64,000 nucleotides of DNA, taken from NCBI GenBank assembly GCA_963667175.2, contig CAXXXF010000016.1:224001-288000 (forward strand), written 5' to 3'. The DNA is from Candidatus Latescibacterota bacterium. Lineage in GTDB: Bacteria > Latescibacterota > UBA2968 > GCA-2709665. Under the pieces are notes generated by a model, which worked only from the letters and a program-made list of their open reading frames with translations, ran no database searches and was not told where the DNA came from. This document shows positions 18,996 to 28,973 of the stretch, one piece after another (the stretch's first letter is position 1; the number at the start of each line of letters is the position of its first letter). A program made the position numbers and the translations under genes.

Positions 18996-21428
18996 TCACG
19001 AAAGGCCGAAATAAATCGCAAAAATCAGGAAGTCCCGAAAGTCGACGAAACCGGTGCCATCCAGATCGTATTTCGGGCTCTCCGTGCCGAATGCTCCTGC
19101 GAAAGCAATGAAATCGGCAAAATTGACGGCGCCGTCTTTGTTGAAATCCCCTTTTAACGTCTTGCCGACAGTCCATTTGTGTTCCGCCGACTCCTGACCG
19201 GCCGAGACGACGACAGCGACCTCCTCGTCCGCTTCGGTGGCGGAAACCGAGAACAGGAGCGACGGACCCGTCTCATCCACGGGAACGCCGTCTACTGACC
19301 ATGCGTAACGCAGTACATCACCGTCCGGGTCTTCAGCCCTCACCGAAAAGCGAAGTGTTTCCCCCTGCGCGCCAAAGACCAGACTACGAGAGGGATCGGT
19401 CTCCCGAATCGCGGGCGGGCGGTCGACATTCGTCACACGGATGTTCACGTTGACGTGAACCTGATTGGGGCCGTCGCTGACCTGGAATCGGACCTCGTAA
19501 GTCCGGTCGCCCTGATCGTATCGAGGCGTCCAGGTGAAGCGGTTTTCATCCAACTTCGCCCCTGCCGGGAGATTTTCGGCCGTAAATTCCAGATCGTCGC
19601 CTTCTTCGTCTTCCGCATCGATGAGAATTGCCAGCGGCCGCCCTTCCGCGATCGTGGTATCGGCAATTCCGGCGATCACAGGGGGCAGGTTTCCCGTTAC
19701 GGTCCGGCCGAAGACCACCCAGGCGACGGAGGGCGATGCGCCCGTCTCGGTCGCGGATACCTCGACAACTGTGGCGCCTTTCCCGATGGCTGTGATTTCG
19801 ATCGAGTCCACTTCAGTGGTAAAGGATGAGAGCTTATCCTGCCCGGGCACCGCCACCGTCCTATCGCCGCTTGTGCGCCTGACAGCCCAGGTTATCCCCG
19901 CACCGCCGCCGCCGCGGGCGACCACGTTCACCCGGTCTGCGTCTGCCGGCAGGCGGGCGAACGGAACCCCGAAACCACCTGCGCTAAGCCTCAGCGGCCG
20001 TGTTCTTCCATCAGTCGATTCGACTTTTGAAATCGTGTAGTCGTAGACGAAATCCTGCCCTTCCAGTGCGTCTGAGATCGGTACAAATACGATATTGTCG
20101 TACTGTCCGGCGTCCGGGATCTCCAGCTTTGTGCCCACAGGGCGCAACAGCCCGACCCCGTCGGAATCGATCAGCATTGCCCAGAACTGCCAGCTTCCCC
20201 CGCCAGCAAGAGCGAATTCGGCCCGAATCCCGCCTTGCAGACCCTTCGTCACGACCTGAACGTATTCCGAGGCCAGATGGTCGACCGTGCCGGAACCGGA
20301 AGCCAGGTCGCTCACTGTCAGCGTGGCGGTTCTGACCGCCGCCGCAGGCTTATAGAAGTCGCCCTCTTCGTAAAATCCGTCACGGAAGCGGGTTCCGGTG
20401 AAATAGTTCCATATCACGTAACCCGCCAGCGTCTCCGAAAAGCCGCCGGCGGGCATTAGCGGATCCAGTTTCCTGATATCGTACACTGTGGAATTCCGTT
20501 CGCCCAGCCCCTCCCAGGTCTGCCTGACGGTCTTTCTCCCGAACGTCTGATCCAGGTAATGCACGTACACACAGGCGCCATACTGATGCCCGTCCGCCAG
20601 GCTGGGTTGCCAGTCGAGGGAAACGTCGGGCGCCTCAAGAACGAAGCGGATGTACTGAAAATAGTCGTTCACGTCGTCGTAGGCCACGTCTTCCATCCAG
20701 GTTGCCGTCGCTTCGTGCCACCACGTCAGGTCTCGTGCGTTATAGGCGAACTGTACGGCGTGGAAGAACTCGTGCGCCACGGTGACATGGAGTCCGTTCA
20801 GCCCGCGTGTCGCATAGATCCTGTCCGTGTAGTTGTTGTCGACGGTCAGATAGGCCGCGGTCACGGAATCGGGCAGTTTTTCGGGCCAGGTCTGCCCGTA
20901 CACACCCCGGGTTCCCAACTGCTGAATATAGACGTCGAAGCGTCCGTCGCCGTCATCGAGTGGAACGCGGTACCCGAGATCGTCGATCTGAAGCGCCCAG
21001 GTGGCATCGAACGTCGCCGCCACCTCCTGCACGTAGTCCGGAACCCCATTTCCGTCGGCGTCGTTGGGCGCCACGGCATGCTGACCCCTCACGTCGTAGT
21101 GGACGAGGAAACGGCCGCCCGGAGAGACGATGCTGTCCGCCATCGCGGGCCTTTGAAACACATGAGCGAACGCCTGTTGTGTGTTCTTGCTCAGCCTGGG
21201 CCATTGGGTGGCCAGGGCCATGATTGCGGGTGTTCCGCAAATCGCACGGTGATGAAAATAGGGGCTGTCCATCGGCAGCAGATCGGGCCTGAAAATCGCG
21301 GCCGACCGGTTGAAGAGTTCGACTTCCAGATCACGCGGCAGCGGCGTCAGATTGGGCGGCGTTTCGGCAGATGCCTCGACCCCGCCCATCAGGATGAAAA
21401 CCATGAATACGCGAGTTGACCAATTCAT
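18996..21428 (-). CDS. secreted zinc metalloprotease (MXAN_6640-like) with Ig/cadherin-like domains and a C-terminal dockerin-like EF-hand pair
   Basis: Signal peptide, CGT, AHEFFHAVQ, WWHEATATWMED, FTWTPRYDQ, GDFNKDGAVNFADF...DLDGTGFVDFRDF; start uncertain. Confidence 0.8.
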   Translation of the reverse strand: MNWSTRVFMVFILMGGVEASAETPPNLTPLPRDLEVELFNRSAAIFRPDLLPMDSPYFHHRAICGTPAIMALATQWPRLSKNTQQAFAHVFQRPAMADSIVSPGGRFLVHYDVRGQHAVAPNDADGNGVPDYVQEVAATFDATWALQIDDLGYRVPLDDGDGRFDVYIQQLGTRGVYGQTWPEKLPDSVTAAYLTVDNNYTDRIYATRGLNGLHVTVAHEFFHAVQFAYNARDLTWWHEATATWMEDVAYDDVNDYFQYIRFVLEAPDVSLDWQPSLADGHQYGACVYVHYLDQTFGRKTVRQTWEGLGERNSTVYDIRKLDPLMPAGGFSETLAGYVIWNYFTGTRFRDGFYEEGDFYKPAAAVRTATLTVSDLASGSGTVDHLASEYVQVVTKGLQGGIRAEFALAGGGSWQFWAMLIDSDGVGLLRPVGTKLEIPDAGQYDNIVFVPISDALEGQDFVYDYTISKVESTDGRTRPLRLSAGGFGVPFARLPADADRVNVVARGGGGAGITWAVRRTSGDRTVAVPGQDKLSSFTTEVDSIEITAIGKGATVVEVSATETGASPSVAWVVFGRTVTGNLPPVIAGIADTTIAEGRPLAILIDAEDEEGDDLEFTAENLPAGAKLDENRFTWTPRYDQGDRTYEVRFQVSDGPNQVHVNVNIRVTNVDRPPAIRETDPSRSLVFGAQGETLRFSVRAEDPDGDVLRYAWSVDGVPVDETGPSLLFSVSATEADEEVAVVVSAGQESAEHKWTVGKTLKGDFNKDGAVNFADFIAFAGAFGTESPKYDLDGTGFVDFRDFLIFAIYFGLS

Positions 21429-21500
21429 CAAGTGTATTCGACCTCTGCGTAGCGGCATTGGGACGCTTGACGGCGCATCGTACGCGTCACGTCGGCGGCG

Positions 21501-22178
21501 TCACGTACCCTGTTCCGTGGTGGATACGTAGATGCTGTCCGAAACGTTGACGCCCACCACGTGCTGAACGTTCCCTTCCAATGCGATGGTCATTGGACCG
21601 TTAAACGGCGCCCGTTCCCGGACAATTAGCGTCACGCCCGGCCGCAAACCCAACGCGCCCAGATACCTGAGCATTTCCGGATTCTGGTCGTTCACCTGAA
21701 CGATCACGACCGTCGCGCCGGCCTCCACCTGGGTCAGAGGCACACAGTCCGTACTCTCTATGTTTCCATCCTTTGTTGGTATCGGCGCACCGTGAGGGTC
21801 GGTGGTGGGATGCCCCAGCACCCGGTCGATCTTGTCCTCGAACTCTTCCGAAATCACGTGTTCGAGTCTGTCTGCCTCCGCGTCGACTTCGTCCCAGTCG
21901 TAGCCCAATGCGTCGGCGAGATACAGTTCCAACAGACGGTGATGTCTCAAGACTTCCAGAGCAACGGCTTCTCCCGCCGGCGTGAGTTCGACTCCCTGAT
22001 ACGGCGTGTGCTGAACCAGGTTCATCTCCGCAAGCTTTTTTATCATATTCGTCGCGGAGGCCGCCGCCACCTCCATCCGTTCCGCGACCAGCGACGTATT
22101 TACGGTGGACCGGGGCTCATGCCCGTGCTGCAGCTTGTAGATGGACTTCAGATAGTCCTGCGCGGCCTGGCTGAGCAT
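21501..22178 (-). CDS. DtxR/MntR family metal-dependent regulator with C-terminal FeoA/SH3 domain
   Basis: QDYLKSIY, RHHRLLELYL, EADRLEH, DPHGAPIP; ATG 22178. Confidence 0.93.
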   Translation of the reverse strand: MLSQAAQDYLKSIYKLQHGHEPRSTVNTSLVAERMEVAAASATNMIKKLAEMNLVQHTPYQGVELTPAGEAVALEVLRHHRLLELYLADALGYDWDEVDAEADRLEHVISEEFEDKIDRVLGHPTTDPHGAPIPTKDGNIESTDCVPLTQVEAGATVVIVQVNDQNPEMLRYLGALGLRPGVTLIVRERAPFNGPMTIALEGNVQHVVGVNVSDSIYVSTTEQGT

Positions 22179-22294
22179 ATGTTCCCTTTCCCGGGTACTC
22201 TTTTGCGCGGCGAGCGGTAATCCGGTGGCGTCAGCGGCAACACTGCCGCTGAACCACGTTCCCGATGAACGGCCGATCCAGGCCCGCCCCTGCC

Positions 22295-23731
22295 TCATCC
22301 GGACACCAGCCGCCAGACCTGCGCCACGAGAAAGCAAAGCAGGAAACCCATTCCAACCGGGAGAAGCGATGCAAAGGACGTCCACTTTGCGCTTCTCGTT
22401 TCCTTCCAGATCGTGTAGATCGTGGTTGAACATGGATTGTGCACGAGACTGAACAGCATCAGATTGACGGCCGTGAGCAGATTCCACCCGCCTGACGCGA
22501 AAATCCCGGCGATCGCAGCGTCGGAGTCCAGCTCAAACATCACGCCCGCTCCCGTGCCCAGTCCGGTCAACTTCGCGCTAAGAACCGTCAACATCAGTAT
22601 GGTGGGAATTACGATTTCGTTCGCCGGGACGGCAATGACGTAGGCCAGCAGAATGACGCCGTTCAGACCGATAAGCAGACCGAAAGGCTGGCTCCAGTTG
22701 ATAAAATGCTCCGCGAGGCTGAGCCCGCCGATGAGAATATTGGAACTCAGCCAGATGGCCGCGCCGGCGGGAATTGCAAAGATCACGGCGCGCCAGAGCA
22801 CAATCAGCGTTCTGTCGATGATGGACGTATAAACGGTCTGTAACACGCGGGGCGGCCGATACGGAGGGAGTTCCAGGCTGAACGCGGAAGCTTCTCCCCG
22901 AAGCACGGACCGGGAAAGCCCCCACGATACGACAAACGAGAGCAGGACGCCAAGCACCGCGACACCCACGACCGCTCCGGCCGACACCAATCCCGCGAAA
23001 TGAGCCGGCGCCAGTCCGCCGATAAATATCGTGGCCACCAGGATCTGGGTGGGCCAACGTCCGTTGCAGAGAGAAAAATTGTTGGTTATAATTGCAATGA
23101 GCCGTTCTCTGGGACTGTCGATCACCCGGGTGGACACGATCGCCGCGGCGTTGCAGCCGAATCCCATACTCATTGTCAATGCCTGTTTGCCGTGCGCGCC
23201 GGCTCTCTTGAACCACCCATCCAGATTGAACGCGACCCGGGGCAGATAACCGAAGTCTTCCAGAAGCGTAAACAACGGAAAGAAAATCGCCATGGGCGGC
23301 AACATCACACTCACGACCCACGCCATGGCCAGATACATGCCATCCACCAGAAGGCCGTTGAGCCACCACGGCATTCCGACAGCGGCGGCCAACGATTTCA
23401 AGGTCGGGTGAAGGGTATCGATCAGGAGGCTCGCAAGCATCGCGGAAGGCACGTTCGCGCCCTCAATTGTAAGCCAGAACACCAGCGTCAGGATGGCCAG
23501 CATGATGGGGAAGCCCAGCCAGCGGCTGGTAACCAGACGGTCGATTGTCCGGTCCAGATCGAACCGGGCGCCATCTCCGGTTCGGATGACGGCGCGATCT
23601 GCGATCTGGGCCGCGTTCGCGTAGAGCGCCTCCATTAACGAATCGTGGAAATTGGACCCCACTTCCCACCGCAACTTCGCGGCCAATCGAATCAACTTCT
23701 CGGGACGCTGATTCGGGGTTGGTACACTCAC
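22295..23731 (-). CDS. FeoB-type membrane (Gate) subunit, split FeoB
   Basis: [44 protein letters not shown]; GTG start overlaps the upstream stop. Confidence 0.88.
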   Translation of the reverse strand: MSVPTPNQRPEKLIRLAAKLRWEVGSNFHDSLMEALYANAAQIADRAVIRTGDGARFDLDRTIDRLVTSRWLGFPIMLAILTLVFWLTIEGANVPSAMLASLLIDTLHPTLKSLAAAVGMPWWLNGLLVDGMYLAMAWVVSVMLPPMAIFFPLFTLLEDFGYLPRVAFNLDGWFKRAGAHGKQALTMSMGFGCNAAAIVSTRVIDSPRERLIAIITNNFSLCNGRWPTQILVATIFIGGLAPAHFAGLVSAGAVVGVAVLGVLLSFVVSWGLSRSVLRGEASAFSLELPPYRPPRVLQTVYTSIIDRTLIVLWRAVIFAIPAGAAIWLSSNILIGGLSLAEHFINWSQPFGLLIGLNGVILLAYVIAVPANEIVIPTILMLTVLSAKLTGLGTGAGVMFELDSDAAIAGIFASGGWNLLTAVNLMLFSLVHNPCSTTIYTIWKETRSAKWTSFASLLPVGMGFLLCFLVAQVWRLVSG

Positions 23732-24537
23732 GCCGTCACCTCTTCTTCCTGCCGCGGCATTCGGTCCAGGTCGCCCAATTCACCCGAACACACCGCTTCT
23801 ACAATCCGAGCGTCGCCTTCGAGAAGGCGCAGCGCCACCCACCGGGTGTTCGGCACGTTGGGAAATTCTTCCTGAAGCTGCGCCACGAGCTTGCCAACGG
23901 CCTTCTTCAGTGCCGGCGGTTCGTTTCGGATGCGTTGCGGCCTGCAGACCGTTCGCCCCGTCGCCACGTCGCTCAGGACCCGTGTCAGTTCGGAAATGCC
24001 TTTGCCGCGGCGGGCCGCCGCAGGTACCACGGGAACGCCCAGGTCTCGCGCCAGTCGTCGTTCGTCCACGGAAAGCCCCTGACGATTGGCCTCGTCCATC
24101 AGATTCAGGCAGACCACCGCCCGGTCGGTAATTTCCAGTACCTGCAGGACGAGATTCAGATTCCGCTCCAGCCGCGCGGCGTCCACGACGACGACCGTGA
24201 CGTCCGGCCGCCCGAAAAGGATAAAATCCCGCGCCACTTCCTCGTCCAGACTGGTGGACAACAGCGAGTACGTTCCCGGAAGATCCACGAGTTTGTACCG
24301 GTGGCCGTCGTAAGCGAAACCGCCTTCCGCACGGACGACCGTCTTGCCTGGCCAGTTTCCGGTATGCTGCCGCAGTCCGGTCAGGGCATTGAATACCGTG
24401 CTCTTCCCGGTATTCGGATTTCCCGCCAGCGCAACCACAAAATCCCAATTCGCCATATTCACGCCGAGCTTGATCAGGTTGCCCGAGTGATGGGCCGGGC
24501 AAACGTCGCAGCCTCCGGCAGGCATCTGCTTTTCCAT
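23728..24537 (-). CDS. FeoB-type GTPase subunit, split FeoB
   Basis: [29 protein letters not shown]; N-terminal CDVCPAHH. Confidence 0.9.
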   Translation of the reverse strand: MEKQMPAGGCDVCPAHHSGNLIKLGVNMANWDFVVALAGNPNTGKSTVFNALTGLRQHTGNWPGKTVVRAEGGFAYDGHRYKLVDLPGTYSLLSTSLDEEVARDFILFGRPDVTVVVVDAARLERNLNLVLQVLEITDRAVVCLNLMDEANRQGLSVDERRLARDLGVPVVPAAARRGKGISELTRVLSDVATGRTVCRPQRIRNEPPALKKAVGKLVAQLQEEFPNVPNTRWVALRLLEGDARIVEAVCSGELGDLDRMPRQEEEVTA

Positions 24538-24589
24538 GGATATCGCCTCCGCTCGATTCCGTTCATTCGGGAGCAGAAGATGGTGACCC

Positions 24590-25615
24590 TCATTCCCCGA
24601 GTTGAACCTGAATCTGAACCTGATTTGCCTGTTCCTCTCGAAGCGCAATGGTGGAACCGCGAATCCGATACGCGGTCGGATCCCCCGAAGGGCTGCGCAT
24701 CTCCACTTCGATCCGGGTTCCCGGAAGGATTCCCAGATCCATCAGCCGACGGCGTTCCAGACCGCGGCATGACCTGGAGAGTTGCACGACACGGCCGACT
24801 TCGCCCTGTTTAAGGCCGGACAGCAACTCATCGGACGCTTCGCCTTCGGCCCCGTCGGATACGGGGGTGACCGAAATATGGTCGGCCAGCAGAGGAGCCA
24901 GCACATGTTCCTCGCCATCGGCCCAGAACCGTACGCGTTGAGGAAGGATCTCGATCGGTTCGATGCGCATCCCCACGTGCAGACCCTCCGCCGCCAACTG
25001 GGCATAGACGGGTTCCGGTTCGTCTTCAATGTGAACAATCGTCGCGGCAACGCCGACGGGGTGTTCGGTCAGGTGCGTGCCGCGTTTGGGCGCGATATCT
25101 CCGGCCTCGGTCGGGATCGGGTCTCCGTGCGGATCATAGGTGGGATACCCCATCTGCCTGTCCAGCCGTTCCACCTCATCGGACGACATATCGTGCTCCC
25201 GGCGTTCCGCCTCGCTGTGCCACTCCGCTTCCGCCACCCCGGTCCGTTCCGCCAGATAGTGCTCCCAGAGCCGGTGAAACCGCAAGATGCGAAGCGCATA
25301 ATCCCGGCCCTGTGTCGTAAGTCGGACACTGCCGCCGTCGGTGGCGGCCAGCCCGAGCCTGGCCGCGCGTACCAGCAAGTCGGATGCGCGGCTGCGCGGA
25401 ATTCCCAACGCCCCCGACAGACTCTCCACGGTGGCGTCCTGTTGCTGATACTCGCAATTGTAGATATGTTTCAGGAGATCTTCCGTCAGTACTCGTTCGG
25501 TCAGCCGACGAGCCTGCCGCCAGCGAAGAAAAACCCCTGAATCCGGCCGGAACAGAAACCACGCAGTTGCCAGAAATGTGCCTGCGATCACCAGCGCCTG
25601 GAGGGGATCGATCAT
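24590..25615 (-). CDS. DtxR-family regulator with N-terminal membrane anchor and two FeoA domains
   Basis: Hydrophobic N-terminus, EDLLKHIY, HRLWEHYL, EAERREH, DPHGDPIP, RRLMDLGILPG...SPSGDPTAYRIRG. Confidence 0.88.
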   Translation of the reverse strand: MIDPLQALVIAGTFLATAWFLFRPDSGVFLRWRQARRLTERVLTEDLLKHIYNCEYQQQDATVESLSGALGIPRSRASDLLVRAARLGLAATDGGSVRLTTQGRDYALRILRFHRLWEHYLAERTGVAEAEWHSEAERREHDMSSDEVERLDRQMGYPTYDPHGDPIPTEAGDIAPKRGTHLTEHPVGVAATIVHIEDEPEPVYAQLAAEGLHVGMRIEPIEILPQRVRFWADGEEHVLAPLLADHISVTPVSDGAEGEASDELLSGLKQGEVGRVVQLSRSCRGLERRRLMDLGILPGTRIEVEMRSPSGDPTAYRIRGSTIALREEQANQVQIQVQLGE

Positions 25616-25659
25616 TTCACCTTTCTCGTTGTCCGGATCGATTATATTTAGATAAAAAA

Positions 25660-25705
25660 ATGTTTAGTCCTGCCTAAACATAAACAGGGAAGTCGATATT
25701 GTCAA
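25660..25705 (-). promoter_or_regulatory. sigma70 promoter overlapped by a DtxR/MntR-type operator
   Basis: Palindrome ATGTTTAG-N6-CTAAACAT (25660-25681); minus strand TTGACA-17-TATGTT. Confidence 0.7.
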
Positions 25706-25895
25706 ATAAACAATGTAACTGTGCGGCGGCGGCGGCGGAACGTCAGGGCGTTGGATGACGTTGTGCTCGGCGACCGCGGAACGATGTCTGCCTGCGTCAC
25801 CGCTTCATCTCCATGCCGACAAACAGACTGCGCCCGGCAGAACGGCTCCGGGCGACCTCCTCCGTCCACGTGCCACGGTCCGACGACAACGCCTT

Positions 25896-26379
25896 CTATC
25901 CCTCCCTATCGACGGAGTCCTTTTCGAACTCCCGTTCTCCAAAGAACCTCAATACTTCCATGAAGCGGTCGGGCGGATGAAATCCGGGCATCTTGTAGAG
26001 CAGCGTCCCGTCCGGTTCCAGGAACAACACCGTGGGAAACCCGCTCACGTTGTAGACCTGCGCCAGTTCGGCGAAACTCAGGTCGTGACCCGCAATCGTC
26101 AATCGCGACCCGGTGTCTTCCGCGTTCAGCTTGACGGGAATGAACTTCAATGCCAGGTACCTGCGGATATCTTCCCTGGAAAACACCTGACGGTCCTGTC
26201 TTTCGCACCAACCGCACCACGTCGTATAGACGCCAACCATCATCAGCTTCTCCTCCACCCGCCGCCTTCCGGAAGCCGTCATTGGCGTTGTACCACCTGA
26301 ATGAATCTTCCTCCTTCGCGACGGCGAGTCCGGCGAACAGGAACCCAAACCAACTACCGATCCGGAGAATGCGTTTCAT
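25896..26379 (-). pseudogene. thioredoxin-fold (DUF255/SoxW-like) periplasmic protein, frameshifted
   Basis: Signal peptide in one frame, YTTWCGWC...FIPVKLNAE...VSGFPT in another; one extra G at about 26258-26260 separates them. Confidence 0.8.
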
Positions 26380-26745
26380 AAAGTGAACTCCCGTTGGCGA
26401 TCCATGCCGTGCAGGTTAGCGTTCGATCAAGCGAAATGGGGGTTCGAGACGTTACATTGTCATCAAGTTACGGGACCCGTATGCGCCGGGCAACCGCGAA
26501 AATTCCCGATAGCGCCTGCGGACGTGACCAAAAAGACGTTGCGGTGACCGGACAATGGGCAGATATTTCCATAACACCGCGGGCCCGCGCGACCTCTGAA
26601 CGGGCGAAGTGAAGTCTGCCGCTTCGGCGGACGCCGCGGAGCAATTCCACCAGGTCCCGGGCGAAGGGCAGGTACAGGAAGGTTCGCGGCGCCGGTCCCA
26701 ACGCCCGCCCCGGTCTTAAGCGCCGAAAACTCCGAGGGTATCCAA

Positions 26746-27852
26746 ATGAAACGGATCAGGTCCGGTATCTTCATCATGCCGTTCCACCCACCGGGCAAGA
26801 CGCTCGGCCAGTGCCATGACGAAGACATGGAACTTCTGATTCGCGCCGACGAACTGGGCATCGATGAATTCTGGATTGGCGAGCATCATACCATGGTCTA
26901 CGAAAACATCGCAATGCCCGAAATATTCATAGGCGCGGCACTGCGCGAAACCAGGAACATCCGGCTGGGTCCGGCGCCCGTGTGTCTGCAGCAACACCAC
27001 CCGGCGCTTGTCGCAAGCCGGTTGTCGTTTCTCGATCATCTTTCCAAAGGGCGGCTGAATCTCTGCTTCGGACCCGGAAGCGTCCCGACGGACCTTGAGA
27101 TCCTGGGTGTCGACCCGCAGGACAGCGCTGCGATGGTCGCCGAATCGATCGGGATCATCCTCAGGCTCTGGCTTACGGATCCGCCCTATGACGTCGATGG
27201 GCGGTTCTGGCGGATCAGGATGGATCGTACCATAGACCCGGAGGTCGGCCTCGGGGTCATCCACAAACCCTTTCAGCGACCTCATCCCCCCATCTCAATG
27301 CCGATCTCCTCGATGAACTCCGAAACGGCCAGGGAGGCGGGCAGGGCGCGGCTTCCAGCCCTTCGGCCACAGCCTGATTCCATCGAACGTCCTGGCGAAC
27401 GTCTGGACCACCTACGAGCAGGCAGCCCTGGCGGCGGGGCATGGTCCGGACCGTTCGGAATACAAGATCGCACGGGCGATCTATCTGGCCGATACGACGG
27501 AGGAGGCGGTCAGACGTGCGAGGTCGAACACCGTGGCGGCCAATTTCGAATACATCGGCACGCTGCTCAAACGCGGCGGCCGGGGGCTCGGCATGTTCAA
27601 GCGCGACCCCGATATGCCCGACGCGGACTGCAATCTGGACTACCTGATGGGCGAGCAGATCATCGCCGGAGACGTGGATACGGTGCTCGAACGTCTGGAC
27701 ACCCTGAGAGCGGAAGTCGGAGACTTCGGCACCCTTGTTATGATGTCGTACGATTGGACGATAAGGACAGCTGGCTGCACAGCCTCGATCTCTTCGCGAA
27801 GGAACTGATGCCGGCCATGAACGGGCTGCCTTCCGCCGAACAGGTGGTGTGA
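26746..27852 (-). other. antisense shadow ORFs opposite the LLM monooxygenase (not coding)
   Basis: ORFs 26716-27285 and 27257-27883 lie opposite a recognisable gene and have no motifs. Confidence 0.3.
26746..27852 (+). CDS. LLM-class flavin-dependent monooxygenase with two compensating frameshifts
   Basis: FIMPFHPP, ADELGIDEFWIGEHH, LDHLSKGR; the middle part (RGFQPF...IIAGDVDTV...GDFGTLV) is in a shifted frame between about 27345 and 27757. Confidence 0.85.
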   Translation: MKRIRSGIFIMPFHPPGKTLGQCHDEDMELLIRADELGIDEFWIGEHHTMVYENIAMPEIFIGAALRETRNIRLGPAPVCLQQHHPALVASRLSFLDHLSKGRLNLCFGPGSVPTDLEILGVDPQDSAAMVAESIGIILRLWLTDPPYDVDGRFWRIRMDRTIDPEVGLGVIHKPFQRPHPPISMPISSMNSETAREAGRARLPALRPQPDSIERPGERLDHLRAGSPGGGAWSGPFGIQDRTGDLSGRYDGGGGQTCEVEHRGGQFRIHRHAAQTRRPGARHVQARPRYARRGLQSGLPDGRADHRRRRGYGARTSGHPESGSRRLRHPCYDVVRLDDKDSWLHSLDLFAKELMPAMNGLPSAEQVV

Positions 27853-27911
27853 ATTCCAGCCGCGACCGGCATTCGAACGGCAACCTGTTTCCCGGACAGG
27901 AGGCCGGAATA

Positions 27912-27949
27912 CGGAAGAGGCGACGCCGTTCACGGCGTCGCCTCTTCCG
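27912..27949. terminator. perfect hairpin between convergent genes
   Basis: CGGAAGAGGCGACGCCGT-TC-ACGGCGTCGCCTCTTCCG, 18-bp arms, no U-tract. Confidence 0.55.
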
Positions 27950-27977
27950 GTCGGATACCAGGCGTTCAGCGGACTGC

Positions 27978-28544
27978 CTACTCCAATTTTTCCGCCGCCT
28001 TGATGGGGAACTCCTCTTCGAATCTCTTCCTGTGGTTCTCTTCCCACCCGTCGATTGATTCCCGAAGCGCCGCGACCATCTGGGGCTCGACCTGCAGCAG
28101 GTCCTTCATCTTAATGGGAAACCTCTGGCCGTCGGGATAAAAACTCCCGTCTACCACCAACTCCTGGAGAAAGGGATAGGCGGACACCAATTCACCGGGC
28201 GAAGGAAGCAGCGGAGTGACGCGCGTATGAACCTTCAACCCGATATAGGTGAGGTGGCTGAATCCCATCCGGAATCGGACGTGAGCGCCAACCTTGTTCA
28301 CGCGCACCTTGTGGCCCGCGTACAGTTCGTTCAATCGCGCCGCCAGCCGCTCCCAATCCTGCTTGAATTCGTTCAGCGGCATCGCTTTGTCGCCGGCAAA
28401 CGCCGCTTCCCGGTCTTTTGCGAGTCTCTTGGCCATCGATAGGGACTGGTCGTCCAGCTTTTTGGTTTTGGCATCCGCCGAAGGCGCAAGGCATACCGAC
28501 AGACAGATGAAGCAACCCACCGAAATCGTGAGAACGAAACGCAC
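27978..28544 (-). CDS. hypothetical secreted protein
   Basis: Signal peptide ending ADA, RBS GGAGG, natural-looking composition. Confidence 0.65.
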   Translation of the reverse strand: MRFVLTISVGCFICLSVCLAPSADAKTKKLDDQSLSMAKRLAKDREAAFAGDKAMPLNEFKQDWERLAARLNELYAGHKVRVNKVGAHVRFRMGFSHLTYIGLKVHTRVTPLLPSPGELVSAYPFLQELVVDGSFYPDGQRFPIKMKDLLQVEPQMVAALRESIDGWEENHRKRFEEEFPIKAAEKLE

Positions 28545-28700
28545 TATGGCCTCCCCATTTTAGCGTACGATCGCGCGACACCCCTACCTGATAAAGGCGT
28601 CCCAAGACACCCGACGTCACATCCGGTGCGACACGTCGGGTTTTCGACAGACAAGAGGGTAAGGAATTCTGAACCATCGCGCAAGCGATTTCTCCGGCGC

Positions 28701-28738
28701 AGAAGAAAACCCGCGCACCGTGATTCCGGGTGCGCGGG
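28701..28738 (-). terminator. intrinsic terminator of the feo operon
   Basis: Minus strand CCCGCGCACC...GGTGCGCGGG-TTTTCTTCT. Confidence 0.7.
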
Positions 28739-28807
28739 CGCCGATGGTTCCGGAACCGGGCTCTGTTCAGGCCATAGCAGCCCGTTGATAAAGTCCATCC
28801 GGGCTGC

Positions 28808-28833
28808 CTGCCTGTGCGTTCGCACGCAGACAG
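28808..28833. repeat. 26-bp palindromic micro-insertion with GC duplication
   Basis: GC[CTGCCTGTGCGTTCGCACGCAGACAG]GC; copy A has a single GC here. Confidence 0.8.
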
Positions 28834-28867
28834 GCGTCCGGCCCTTGTGACCGAAAAACGGCGTTGC

Positions 28868-28884
28868 CTGCCTGCAGCAGGCAG
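28868..28884. repeat. 17-bp palindromic micro-insertion with GC duplication
   Basis: GC[CTGCCTGCAGCAGGCAG]GC; copy A has a single GC here. Confidence 0.8.
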
Positions 28885-28973
28885 GCGCTCCCTCCCCGAA
28901 TCCAGGGATTCGCGTCGGTCGCGCGCCTTGTCTTCGGCCACAATGACTCGGCCTCGCCTGCGGAGCGATTTTT

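Noticed and set aside
23728-23731. Split FeoB as a sequencing frameshift
   Set aside because: The stop/start overlap has a proper Shine-Dalgarno and each half has distinct terminal extensions, which indicates a natural split.
26400-26740. Possible ncRNA or riboswitch upstream of the LLM monooxygenase
   Set aside because: Only a short GTCTGCCG/CGGCGGAC hairpin is visible, with no recognisable aptamer motifs.
27344-27346. Programmed ribosomal frameshifting in the LLM and thioredoxin genes
   Set aside because: No slippery heptamer or stimulatory structure; the indels are all in short G runs.
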